A stretch of DNA of 47,455 nt from contig CAYIGH010000005.1 in NCBI GenBank assembly GCA_964362915.1, positions 1 to 47,455 on the forward strand. The letters run 5' to 3'. Each line of letters begins with the position of its first letter. Position 1 is the stretch's first letter. This DNA is from Candidatus Woesearchaeota archaeon. GTDB taxonomy: Archaea; Nanobdellota; Nanobdellia; Pacearchaeales; GW2011-AR1. Positions 28,496-37,703 of this stretch are shown here, piece after piece. A program made the position numbers and the translations under genes. The notes under the pieces were generated by a model. It made no database searches. It was not told where the DNA came from and was given only the letters and a program-made list of their open reading frames with translations.

Positions 28496-31420
28496 ATGGT
28501 TTATGTAAAAAAGATGGTTATACAGGGATTTAAGAGCTTTGCAAAGAGGACAGAAATTCCTTTTGACAAAGGGATTAATATTTTTATAGGCCCAAATGGG
28601 AGCGGAAAAACTAATGTTGCAGACAGTATATTATTCGCTCTTGGAAGGCTGTCAATAAAATCTATGAGGGCTGCAAAAGCAAGGAATTTAATTTTTATGG
28701 GATCAAAATATGTTAAGCCTGCTAAAGAGGCATTTGTTGAGCTCATTTTTGATAATTCTGATCGCGCTTTTTCTTTAAATAGTAATGAAGTGCATCTTAA
28801 AAGAATCGTTAGAGTTAATGGCCAGAGCGCATATAAAATAAATGGAGAAACGAAAACTAGAAATGAGGTTATTGAGATGCTTGCACAGGCAGGAATTGAT
28901 CCTTATGGATTTAATTTGATATTACAGGGTCAGATTCAGAGCCTTGTAAAAATGCACCCTGAAGACAGAAGAAAAATTATAGAGGAAGTTGCAGGCATAT
29001 CTATTTATGAGTCTAGGAAAGAGAAATCCTTGCACGAGTTGGAAAAAACAGATGAAAGATTGAAAGAGATTAGTACAATTTTGCGCGAAAGAACAGCTTA
29101 TCTAAGGAACCTTGAAAAAGAAAAAGAGCAGGCCGAGAAATATAAGAATGCACAATTGATAGTAAAAAGAGCAAGGTCATCTATTATACATAAAAAGATA
29201 GAAGAAAAGAAGAGAGAATTAAATGCTATTTTAAAATCAATCGAAGAGAAAGAAAATATCAAGGCTAAAATAAGAAGGGTTATCGAAAAATATCAGAAAG
29301 AGATTGAAACATTGTCTTTAAGAATAAATGATATTAGCAAGCACATACAACAGGCCACTGGAATGGAGCAAGAAGAATTACATAATGAAATTGCTGATTT
29401 AAGGGCAGAGATAGAAGGGTTAAAAGTAAGGAAGGAAAGTTATGAAAATAGAAGAGATGAAATTGAAAGAAGAATAGAACAGATGTCTAAGTCAATTCCA
29501 GATTTAGAAGAAGAGATTATTGGATTGAGAAAGCAATCCCCAATTATTGCGAAGAAGTCTGTTGAACTTAAGAAAAAGAAGGATGATTTGAGCCAAATAG
29601 AAAATGAGCGAAAGAAACTACTAACATTAAAAATAGAATTACAGGCCTTTAAAGATAGGATAAAAGACAAGGAGAAAACTTTATCACGAATACAGGCTGA
29701 ATCTGAGTCCATAGTAAAAAGACTTGAAGAATATTCTGGAGAATTGAATTACGAGAATGGGAGCTTATGCTTAAAGGCCATAACAGCTCTAAAAAAAGAT
29801 ATAGAAATTAAAGAGCATCAAATAAAAGAATTAAATAAAAGAGAGATGGAGAATGAGAAAATACTGTCTGTTGCAGATGCTTCTATTGTAAATGCAGAAA
29901 AAATTAAGTCTGATGTTGAAAGACTAGAATTCTGCCCTTTATGCCAGAGTAAAATAACCGGAGAGCATAAACAGCATGTGCATAAAGATTCAGAGGAGAA
30001 AATATTTAAAGCTCAGGAAGGTAAAGAAAAAGCATTGGGAGAATTAGAATCTATAAAGAAAGAAAAAGAAATAATTTTTAAATATATCTCTAAGTCTGAA
30101 ACTAAATTATCTAAAGACGAGGCGGAGTTGATAAACCATAAGAATATTGCTGAAAAAAAAGAACAATTGAAAAAAATTGTTGAGGAAGAAAAAGTTCTAA
30201 AATTTGAAATTTCTGATTTTGAAGATAAAAGAAAGAAGCTAGAAGCGAAGTCTAATGACTTGGATAGAATAGAAGATCAATATCAAAATAAAATTCTAGA
30301 GATAGAAGAAATTTCCTCCAGAACAGAAGAAGATGTGGATACGACTCTTCTATATAAAGAAAGAGAACTTGAGAATATTCAAAATATTATAAAGAGAAGT
30401 AAAAAAGATTTAGGAGATATAGACAATGATATTGAAGAAATTAGTGAAAAGCTGGAGATGAAGATTAGCTCTCTTGAAGAAAAAGAAGAAAAAGAAAGGA
30501 ACTTGCAGGTTCAATTTAAGAAAATGTTTGAAGAAAGAGATTCAGTACAAAAAACTATGCAGGAAAAGAACTTTTCTTTATCAGAAACCCAGCAAGAACT
30601 AAGGCAGATAGAAGACCAAGTTAATTATTTAAAAATCGGAAAGGCCAAACTTGATGCGGAAAGAGAGGCCTTGGAGATTGAATTTTCTGAATACATTGGT
30701 ATTGAACTGCTGCAGGGCAGCATTCCTTCGATAGAAGATAGACTTAGAAAAGCACAAGAAATATTGCAAAATATAGGGTCAATTAATATGAGAGCATTAG
30801 AAGTTTATAAAGATGTTAAAAAAGAATATGATGCTGTACAGGAGCGAGTCAATATTTTACAGAAAGAAAAAGAAGAGATATTAAAGATAATTGAGGAAAT
30901 AGACAAGAAAAAAACCAGGACGTTTATGAAAACATTTAAGGCATTAAATGGGCTCTTCTCAGATAATTTTTCAAAACTTTCCGCCAAGGGCATAGCTTAT
31001 ATGGATCTTGAAAATAGAGAAGATATTTTTGCAGGAGGAGTTACTATTGTTGTAAAATTAGCCAAAGGCAAGTACTTTGATGTAACATCTCTATCTGGTG
31101 GCGAGCAGACGCTGGTTGCTTTGTCTTTATTGTTTGCAATCCAGGAATACAAACCTTATCATTTTTATGTTTTTGATGAAATTGATGCAGCTTTAGATAA
31201 AAGAAATTCTGAAAGATTGGCTGCTTTGTTGAGTCAATATATGAAGTCTGGACAATATATTGTTATTACCCATAATGATGCGATTATAATTAATTCAGAT
31301 GTTTTATATGGGGTAAGCATGCATGAAGGCATAAGTAAAATTTTGAGTCTGAAACTAAGTGAGAGCATGCCAAAGAGCGATAATGTTTCAGAAAGTCAGA
31401 AAGCATCTAAAGAGGCCTGA
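28496..31420 (+). CDS. smc: Smc (condensin-type ATPase head) with central CXXC zinc hook and no recognisable hinge
   Basis: GFKSF, GPNGSGKTN, QG Q-loop, IEEVAGI, GSINMRA, LSGGEQ, FDEIDAALD, ITH; CPLC at residues 480-483. Confidence 0.9.
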   Translation: MVYVKKMVIQGFKSFAKRTEIPFDKGINIFIGPNGSGKTNVADSILFALGRLSIKSMRAAKARNLIFMGSKYVKPAKEAFVELIFDNSDRAFSLNSNEVHLKRIVRVNGQSAYKINGETKTRNEVIEMLAQAGIDPYGFNLILQGQIQSLVKMHPEDRRKIIEEVAGISIYESRKEKSLHELEKTDERLKEISTILRERTAYLRNLEKEKEQAEKYKNAQLIVKRARSSIIHKKIEEKKRELNAILKSIEEKENIKAKIRRVIEKYQKEIETLSLRINDISKHIQQATGMEQEELHNEIADLRAEIEGLKVRKESYENRRDEIERRIEQMSKSIPDLEEEIIGLRKQSPIIAKKSVELKKKKDDLSQIENERKKLLTLKIELQAFKDRIKDKEKTLSRIQAESESIVKRLEEYSGELNYENGSLCLKAITALKKDIEIKEHQIKELNKREMENEKILSVADASIVNAEKIKSDVERLEFCPLCQSKITGEHKQHVHKDSEEKIFKAQEGKEKALGELESIKKEKEIIFKYISKSETKLSKDEAELINHKNIAEKKEQLKKIVEEEKVLKFEISDFEDKRKKLEAKSNDLDRIEDQYQNKILEIEEISSRTEEDVDTTLLYKERELENIQNIIKRSKKDLGDIDNDIEEISEKLEMKISSLEEKEEKERNLQVQFKKMFEERDSVQKTMQEKNFSLSETQQELRQIEDQVNYLKIGKAKLDAEREALEIEFSEYIGIELLQGSIPSIEDRLRKAQEILQNIGSINMRALEVYKDVKKEYDAVQERVNILQKEKEEILKIIEEIDKKKTRTFMKTFKALNGLFSDNFSKLSAKGIAYMDLENREDIFAGGVTIVVKLAKGKYFDVTSLSGGEQTLVALSLLFAIQEYKPYHFYVFDEIDAALDKRNSERLAALLSQYMKSGQYIVITHNDAIIINSDVLYGVSMHEGISKILSLKLSESMPKSDNVSESQKASKEA

Positions 31421-32064
31421 TCTTTTTCTGGAAAAAGTTCCTTCCACGTCTGCCAACTTTTCCTAAATAGTCCTGAATTTTTCCATTTTTTTCCTCGTGT
31501 TTTTAGAAAATCCTGCGTTAAAGGATCTGAAGGATATCCTGATCCAAAGTCGCCATATTTTTCTTTTAATCTTTCAATTTCTTCTTCTCTCGCAACTTTG
31601 GCTAGAATTGAGGCAGCAGATACGGAAAGGTAATTGACGTCTGCTTTATGCTCGCAGATTATGGTTAAATTTTCCATATCTTCTATAAAATTCAGCAAAG
31701 TCTTTTTCCATGCATTTGTATTAACAGAAGGGCAGTCCACTATAACTTTTATTTTTTCCTTTTTATTGTTAAGATTATTGATAATTTCTGCCGTTTTAAT
31801 TGCCTCTAATGTATTTAAATTAATCTTGGAATTTATTGCAGAATCAATTTGTTCAGGAATGGCTTTGACAATATAATAGTTTAATGCAGATTCTTTTATT
31901 ATCTTTGAAAGTTCTATTCTTTTTGAATGCCTGAGTTGTTTTGAATCTTTTATATTGTATTTTTTTAGGGAAGTTTCTATATTCTTATCCAAAAGAACAC
32001 CTGCAAGTATCATTGGCCCTATTAATGGGCCTCTTCCTGCATCGTCAATACCCAAAGTTAACAT
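31396..32064 (-). CDS. rnhB: Ribonuclease HII
   Basis: GIDDAGRGP, DSK, KAD...VSAASILAK, GSGYPSDP. Confidence 0.95.
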   Translation of the reverse strand: MLTLGIDDAGRGPLIGPMILAGVLLDKNIETSLKKYNIKDSKQLRHSKRIELSKIIKESALNYYIVKAIPEQIDSAINSKINLNTLEAIKTAEIINNLNNKKEKIKVIVDCPSVNTNAWKKTLLNFIEDMENLTIICEHKADVNYLSVSAASILAKVAREEEIERLKEKYGDFGSGYPSDPLTQDFLKTRGKKWKNSGLFRKSWQTWKELFPEKDQASLDAF

Positions 32065-32142
32065 GCTATGATAAAATAAGATTTGTATAAAAAGATACCT
32101 ATTTCATTAATTTGCTTTTTCAGTTTCTCCATGAAATTCAAA

Positions 32143-32252
32143 TAGCGGTGATTGGATTTGAACCAATGTTCTCAAGGTATCCCACTTTGCGAGAGAATGC
32201 TTCGCATTCTTGATATGGGCCTTGCGAGGACTCCAGGCTCCTCTACACCGCT
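32143..32252 (-). tRNA. Initiator tRNA-Met(CAT) with 35-nt intron at 37/38
   Basis: A1-U72 acceptor AGCGGTG/CACCGCT, A11-U24 pair, anticodon stem CAAGG/CCTTG, T-arm ATTGG-TTCAAAT-CCAAT; mature length 75 nt. Confidence 0.9.
32179..32213 (-). other. tRNA intron with relaxed bulge-helix-bulge
   Basis: Central helix CCCA/TGGG, 3-nt bulge ATA, internal hairpin AGAATGC-GAA-GCATTCT. Confidence 0.85.
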
Positions 32253-32305
32253 ATAATAATATTGCTGATAGTAGGACTTTTAAACCTTGTTGTTTATTGA
32301 ATATT

Positions 32306-32896
32306 ATGAAGCATAAAAGAGAAAAATCTGTTGAAAATGTGATTACTGTTCCTACATTGTTAAACATCTCTAGAATTATACTAACTTTTGTTGTGGTTTA
32401 TATGATAATAACAGACAGTAATGTTATCTGGACAGTGGTTATTTTTTCCATTGCTGCAATTACTGACTGGTTTGATGGTAGAATTGCAAGAAGATACAAT
32501 CTTGTCAATGAATTTGGGAGAAAGGCAGATATGGCTGCAGATAGATTTTTATGGATAGGAACCGCCCTTGCATTTGTTGTTGTTTTTGGAATTCGAGGAA
32601 GATTAGAGATAATTCACGGTGTTCAGATATTACTGATTATGCTCAGAGAAATTATATCCGCCCCATCTGCAATTGTTGCATTCTTTTCAGGGAGAGGTTT
32701 CCCGCATGCCAGATATGTTGCAAAGATTACTACTTTTACACAAGGATTTGCTATTCCTTCTTTGCTTTTAAGTATTTATTATCCATCTTGGATTTATTTA
32801 TCATTGCCACTTTCCATATTTATAGGCATAGTTGGAACAATTTCAGGATTTTATTATATTATTGATGTGCAGAATATTCAAGAGAGGAAAAAATGA
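32306..32896 (+). CDS. pgsA: CDP-alcohol phosphatidyltransferase (PgsA-like)
   Basis: TDWFDGRIAR......FG...D..AD motif; start moved to ATG 32306 because the longer ORF overlaps the tRNA. Confidence 0.85.
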   Translation: MKHKREKSVENVITVPTLLNISRIILTFVVVYMIITDSNVIWTVVIFSIAAITDWFDGRIARRYNLVNEFGRKADMAADRFLWIGTALAFVVVFGIRGRLEIIHGVQILLIMLREIISAPSAIVAFFSGRGFPHARYVAKITTFTQGFAIPSLLLSIYYPSWIYLSLPLSIFIGIVGTISGFYYIIDVQNIQERKK

Positions 32897-33123
32897 GCGG
32901 CCCAGCAGAAGGAAAAATAAAAATAGGGAAAGCCGATGTGTATATTCATATAAAGGGAAAGTCTAGGGCCAGTGTTACTCATCTAGATATTGAACTTGAT
33001 AAGTTAAATGAGATTATCAAGCCAGGAGAGAATAGTTATGTTGGCGGTAAAGTTGGCGGGGTTTTTATTGGATTGAAGAAAAATATGATAGAAAGAATTG
33101 AAAAGAAAGAAGGTAAGAAGTAA
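32893..33123 (+). CDS. Small hypothetical protein
   Basis: 76 aa, ATGA-coupled to the upstream gene. Confidence 0.7.
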   Translation: MSGPAEGKIKIGKADVYIHIKGKSRASVTHLDIELDKLNEIIKPGENSYVGGKVGGVFIGLKKNMIERIEKKEGKK

Positions 33124-33124
33124 T

Positions 33125-33739
33125 ATGTTTAAATTGAAAATAGGCGAGTGGTTCATAGTTATATTTAATCTTCTTTATATAATTCCATTTACTATTTATT
33201 ATCTAAGTACAGGAAATTATGAATTCCTAATTTATATTGCTGTTTTGGTTATTATTGGTTTAGTATTGCTTCTAACTTTGAGAAAGAGCAAGCTAGACTA
33301 TCTGGCTTTGTATGGACTATCAATTTGGGGATTGCTGCATATGGCTGGAGGAGGAATTAGAATAAATGGTAAAACTCTCTATTCTCTGCATTTAATTAAT
33401 ATTGTTGATAAAGGCGGGCAATTTTTTATTTTGAAGATGGATCAGGCAGTTCATTTTTATGGTTTTATGGTTGCTGCAATTGTTATTTTTCAGTTATTGT
33501 CAAATAATTTAAAAAATGTTGATAAATCCAAGCTTGCGATATTTTTGGCTTGGATTGGAAGCATGGGATTGGGCGCTTTAAATGAAGTTGTAGAATTTAT
33601 TGCCTTTATTTCTTTGGATAAGACAGGAGTCGGAGATTTATATAATACTGGATTAGATCTTGTGTTTAATATGCTTGGAGCTTTAGCAGGAGCATTTTTT
33701 GCTTTTTATTACCTTAAAAAGAGAAATATAAAACTTTAA
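33125..33739 (+). CDS. DUF2238-like membrane protein
   Basis: NYEF, LH..GG, DQ.VH..GF, G..NE..EF, Y.NT..DL..N..GA. Confidence 0.75.
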   Translation: MFKLKIGEWFIVIFNLLYIIPFTIYYLSTGNYEFLIYIAVLVIIGLVLLLTLRKSKLDYLALYGLSIWGLLHMAGGGIRINGKTLYSLHLINIVDKGGQFFILKMDQAVHFYGFMVAAIVIFQLLSNNLKNVDKSKLAIFLAWIGSMGLGALNEVVEFIAFISLDKTGVGDLYNTGLDLVFNMLGALAGAFFAFYYLKKRNIKL

Positions 33740-33765
33740 AAGTCTTTAATTATAACTAGCTTCAT

Positions 33766-33847
33766 GCCCGGATGGCACAATGGTACTGCGGCAGATTGCT
33801 AATCTGCTTTCCGCAAGGATTTCCAGGTTCGATTCCTGGTCCGGGCG
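33766..33847 (+). tRNA. tRNA-Ser(GCT)
   Basis: Anticodon arm GCAGA-TTGCTAA-TCTGC, long variable arm; TATA-like TTTAAAA upstream. Confidence 0.95.
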
Positions 33848-33893
33848 TTCATAAAATATTTAAAAAGTCGTTGCTTGTAAAAAATAAAGAAAA

Positions 33894-33909
33894 TGCCTCC
33901 GAGGAGGCA
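33894..33909 (-). terminator. Hairpin plus T-tract terminator
   Basis: Minus strand TGCCTC-CTCG-GAGGCA followed by TTTTCTTTATTTTTT. Confidence 0.55.
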
Positions 33910-33915
33910 AAAAGA

Positions 33916-34017
33916 CTATTCTTTTGTTGATTCTAATCCTTCGAAAAGCTCATCATGGTCAAAAACCTCTTCCACTTCTTCGAATGGATCTTTTTTTTCT
34001 ACCTCTTTTTGATTCAT
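33916..34017 (-). CDS. 33-aa acidic small protein (not in ORF track)
   Basis: MNQKEVEKKDPFEEVEEVFDHDELFEGLESTKE; TTTATATA box about 30 nt upstream and a terminator directly downstream. Confidence 0.5.
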   Translation of the reverse strand: MNQKEVEKKDPFEEVEEVFDHDELFEGLESTKE

Positions 34018-34236
34018 TTTTTCTCTTCTACTTTAATTAATCTAATATATAAATCTTATTGTCTTTAAAAAGCAAAGGGGCAAAGTTTTAAATAGCGTTA
34101 TTTCTTTAAGCTAATGTACCAATAGGAAGAAGGAAGCGAAATATTATTATTTACCTTCATATTCACGTCTATGTTTGACAAATTAACTTCTTTCTGTTGA
34201 ACAGGGAAAGCATCAAAAAAGATGCTTTTATATAAA

Positions 34237-35406
34237 ATGGCAAAAATAAGCCCAGTATCAATAAAATATATGATTCATGCTTCGTTTAAAGCAGAAGGAC
34301 CATTAGAAAGGCCAGATGTAATTGGAGCCATATTTGGGCAGACAGAAGGGCTTTTAGGAACAGAATTAGAGATGCGCGAATTGCAAAAAGAAGGAAGAAT
34401 AGGTAGGATAGAGGTAGAGTTGGAAATTGTAGATGGGAAGAGTATAGGCGAGATTAAAGTGCCTACAGCTTTGGACAAATCAGAAACAACATTAATTGCA
34501 GCAGCTTTAGAAACAATTGACAGAATAGGCCCCACAGAGGCAGGGATTAAAATAATTCAAATAGAAGACGTAAGGGGCAGCAAAAGAGACTACATAATTG
34601 ACAGAGCAAAACAGCTTCTCGAAAATCTAGAAAGCGGAGACAATCTAGGAGAGATGTCTAAAACACTTAAAGAAGAAACAAGGGCCGCTAAAATACAAGA
34701 GTATGGAAGCGAAAAATTGCCTGCAGGAGATCTTTCTGGCAATGAGATTATTGTTGTTGAAGGCAGGGCAGACGTCGTAAATCTTTTGAAAAATAGGGTA
34801 AATAATGTTATAGGTATGAACGGAACTAAATTGCCTGCAGAAATAGCAAAATTAGGGCAGGAAAAGGAATTAACATTATTTATTGATGGCGACAGAGGAG
34901 GCAAGCTAATTGCAAAGAACGTTATAAACAATGCGAAAATCGCCTATATTGCTGTTGCTCCTGACGGCAAAGAAGTGGAAGAATTAACAGGAAAAGAAAT
35001 ATTAATTGCTCTAAGAAGGAAAATGCCAATAGACGAATTTTTGAGGAAGATTAATAATAGTACAATCTTTAATAGCAATTCTACTGGAGAAGAAGTCAAA
35101 GAGGTTGCAGAGAAGAGCATAGATGACGATACAGCAAGGAAAAAGATTCGCTCTTTATATGAAGAAATAGAAGGAACAAAGTCCTCTTTACTGCTTGATA
35201 CAAACTTTGATATTATAAGAAAAGTTGGGGCTCGTGAAGTGTCAAAGAATATTGAAATTTCTAAGAGAAAAACATTAGCAGTAATCCTAGATGGCACTGT
35301 AACCTCTACTCTAGTTAAAACTTGTGAAGATTTCGGTATTGTTTATCTAGCAGCTACAAATTTCGGGACAGTTAAAGATACAAAATTAAAATTAATTAGT
35401 CTGTAA
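34237..35406 (+). CDS. dnaG: Archaeal DnaG (TOPRIM; primase-like, exosome-associated)
   Basis: DVIGAIFGQTEGLLG, VVEGRADV, DGDRGG, KEVEEL. Confidence 0.95.
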   Translation: MAKISPVSIKYMIHASFKAEGPLERPDVIGAIFGQTEGLLGTELEMRELQKEGRIGRIEVELEIVDGKSIGEIKVPTALDKSETTLIAAALETIDRIGPTEAGIKIIQIEDVRGSKRDYIIDRAKQLLENLESGDNLGEMSKTLKEETRAAKIQEYGSEKLPAGDLSGNEIIVVEGRADVVNLLKNRVNNVIGMNGTKLPAEIAKLGQEKELTLFIDGDRGGKLIAKNVINNAKIAYIAVAPDGKEVEELTGKEILIALRRKMPIDEFLRKINNSTIFNSNSTGEEVKEVAEKSIDDDTARKKIRSLYEEIEGTKSSLLLDTNFDIIRKVGAREVSKNIEISKRKTLAVILDGTVTSTLVKTCEDFGIVYLAATNFGTVKDTKLKLISL

Positions 35407-35411
35407 TATAA

Positions 35412-36167
35412 TTAATTCCCATATAACTTTCTTAAGCCAGTAATATCAGGAGTTTCTAATGTTCTCTTTGCAGTTTCTCCATAATCAGAATATCCATACA
35501 TTGTCACGCTGGAGCATGAGGAACTATAAATATCTCCCAATCCATCAACATGGCCTATTTCATGAACCCCAATGTTTTCCAAATCCATAACATTTGGATT
35601 TAATGTAGCATCTCCCCATGTAAAGACATTATTAAACTGAATATCTGCTTCAACTATCTGGCCAGTGAATGTCATCCATACAGATGTTACAGCGATAACA
35701 TTATTATTAGGATAGAAAGTGAATCCGAATGTATTCTTTCCGTCTCTTATTCCTGGTTGCGCGCTGTAATTTATCTGATAAGCATTATTGAATAGTTCTC
35801 TTGATGTTGCGCTATCCCATGTTTCTACAGATTTTGACAATGTGGAAACCACAAAAGACTCTGATAAAAATTGAGGATTAGAAGGGTTAATTACATAATT
35901 TACAGGTAATGTAGGCCATTTAGCTCCTATGAAATTATAGCATTTATTTCTTCCATTGCCATTCACTGCAGCATTACGAGCATAATGCAAGAAGTCTATT
36001 CTATTTATATTCCAGTCATCATCTATAGCCGCGGAATGTTCTGGGGCCTTAGCATTCTCTTTTGCATTCTCATTTGCAGGAATAATCATGGCATTTCCAC
36101 TAAATGACATAAGTAAAACTATCATTAATATAAAAGAAATTGTTTTTGTTATAGTGTTTTCCCTCAT
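35412..36167 (-). CDS. Secreted matrixin-like metzincin metalloprotease
   Basis: Signal peptide, EADI.FN, HEIGHVDGLGD, Met-turn TMYG, DI.GL..LYG. Confidence 0.85.
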   Translation of the reverse strand: MRENTITKTISFILMIVLLMSFSGNAMIIPANENAKENAKAPEHSAAIDDDWNINRIDFLHYARNAAVNGNGRNKCYNFIGAKWPTLPVNYVINPSNPQFLSESFVVSTLSKSVETWDSATSRELFNNAYQINYSAQPGIRDGKNTFGFTFYPNNNVIAVTSVWMTFTGQIVEADIQFNNVFTWGDATLNPNVMDLENIGVHEIGHVDGLGDIYSSSCSSVTMYGYSDYGETAKRTLETPDITGLRKLYGN

Positions 36168-36231
36168 ATAATCTTATAATAGGCTATATTTATAAATCTT
36201 TCTATTGTGTTACTATTAATAAATTATAAAA

Positions 36232-36858
36232 CTATCTTGCGGAGTCTGCCTGTTTTTCAGCCTCATTTTTCTTGCCAACAGCATAACTTTCCATATTCCC
36301 TTGAGAAGCCTTAATAATTTCTTCAGCTAAAGACTCAGCCATCTTTTTTTTCTTCCCAAAGCATCTCTGATAGGACCCTTGTACCATCCATCTAATGGCC
36401 AAATCAACTCTTCTTAATGGAGAAGTATCAACTGCCTGAGGATATCTCGCTCCAGCTTGCTCAATAACAGTTATCTCATCCCGCGGCGAGCCGTTTGCAA
36501 TAGCATCAACTAAAACCTGAACGGGATTTTTCTTTGTTTTTTCAGCAACAATGTCCAATGCTCTAAGAACAGTAGCCATATTCTTGTTATATTTCCCAGA
36601 ACTCCACGAAGTAATTATTTTATGTTTCTTGCCAGAGTGCCCAGGAACAGCAATTCGATTAGCAACTCTTTCAATAATATTAACTTTGATTTTGCCAAAT
36701 TTTTCTAAATTCCTTCCTTGTGACTTTAGCAATAATCTAGGATCAAGATTAATATAGGGCTTTAAAGCAGAATCTTTTATTTCAATATTATAAGCCTCAT
36801 ATTTATCAAAGAATTTCATTCCTGATTCTTGTTTTATTTCTTGAATTTGCTCTGTCAT
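36232..36858 (-). CDS. rps7: 30S ribosomal protein uS7
   Basis: NPVQVLVDAI.N..PR, AVD.SP.RRVDLA, KKNE.E..A.SAR. Confidence 0.97.
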   Translation of the reverse strand: MTEQIQEIKQESGMKFFDKYEAYNIEIKDSALKPYINLDPRLLLKSQGRNLEKFGKIKVNIIERVANRIAVPGHSGKKHKIITSWSSGKYNKNMATVLRALDIVAEKTKKNPVQVLVDAIANGSPRDEITVIEQAGARYPQAVDTSPLRRVDLAIRWMVQGSYQRCFGKKKKMAESLAEEIIKASQGNMESYAVGKKNEAEKQADSAR

Positions 36859-36860
36859 TT

Positions 36861-37226
36861 TTAACTATTTTCTTCCTCAAATTTTATATTCTCAACATTT
36901 AAATAATTTTTAACTTTTTCCGCAACACTTCGTTTAGTATCAGGATTAGTAGAGGCCACATATACACCCAAAGAAGAATTATGAGCGTTACCTTTCATAT
37001 CTTCATTAAAATCGATTCCTGCATAATCAAAAAGTAGAAAATAATCTTCAGACTGTCTTAAAAATGAAGAGTTTTTTCCCTCTATAAGCCTTACATTACT
37101 CAGGTCATCACAACCTAAAGTAGATAATTCAAATGTAGTCTTTCCATTATCAATTATTATCTTTTCTAATTCCATTAATTTACTAGGGTCTGTTTCAAAT
37201 CTAAATTTATGTATATACCAAACCAT
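36861..37226 (-). CDS. Hypothetical protein inserted between rps12 and rps7
   Basis: 121-aa ORF, 1 nt after the rps12 stop and 2 nt before the rps7 start. Confidence 0.7.
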   Translation of the reverse strand: MVWYIHKFRFETDPSKLMELEKIIIDNGKTTFELSTLGCDDLSNVRLIEGKNSSFLRQSEDYFLLFDYAGIDFNEDMKGNAHNSSLGVYVASTNPDTKRSVAEKVKNYLNVENIKFEEENS

Positions 37227-37227
37227 T

Positions 37228-37653
37228 CTACCTCCTCCCCTTCTCTATTTCCCCCTTCCATAATCTTCTCAGAGGCTGGTCATTTACTTTTATAACTTGA
37301 AATCTAATCCCAGGAATATCACCTTTAGAGCGCCCCATTTTGCCGCCTATTCTCTCAATAATAACCTCATCATGCTCGTCAATAAATTTCTGGGCTAAGT
37401 TTCCTGGAATAAATGCGCCAACCTGCACACCGTTCTTAATTAGTTGAACCTTGCAGCATTTTCTCATGGCAGAATTTGGCTGTTTTGCTTCTTTTTGAAT
37501 TTTTTCTATTACTATTCCCTTTGCCTGCCATGCTCTTCCTCCAAGAGGGTCAGACTTCTGTCTTAATTTTTTAACTCTCACTCTATAATCATAAGAGGCC
37601 CATCTATCTTTTCTCCTGTTCTTTTTCAGCTTTCTAGCATTCATTAATCCCAT
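37228..37653 (-). CDS. rps12: 30S ribosomal protein uS12
   Basis: [25 protein letters not shown]. Confidence 0.97.
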   Translation of the reverse strand: MGLMNARKLKKNRRKDRWASYDYRVRVKKLRQKSDPLGGRAWQAKGIVIEKIQKEAKQPNSAMRKCCKVQLIKNGVQVGAFIPGNLAQKFIDEHDEVIIERIGGKMGRSKGDIPGIRFQVIKVNDQPLRRLWKGEIEKGRR

Positions 37654-37703
37654 ATTAATCTCTAATAAAAAGGGTTTTTAAATCTTCACTTTAAAAAGGA
37701 ACT

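Noticed and set aside
28496-31420. Calling the SMC-family protein Rad50 because of its CXXC hook
   Set aside because: Head motifs (GFKSF, GSINMRA, DEIDAALD) are Smc-type rather than the Rad50 LDEPT type, and no mre11, nurA or herA gene is adjacent
32210-32305. N-terminal extension of the PgsA-like ORF from the track
   Set aside because: Overlaps the tRNA-Met gene on the opposite strand; ATG 32306 gives a normal-length protein
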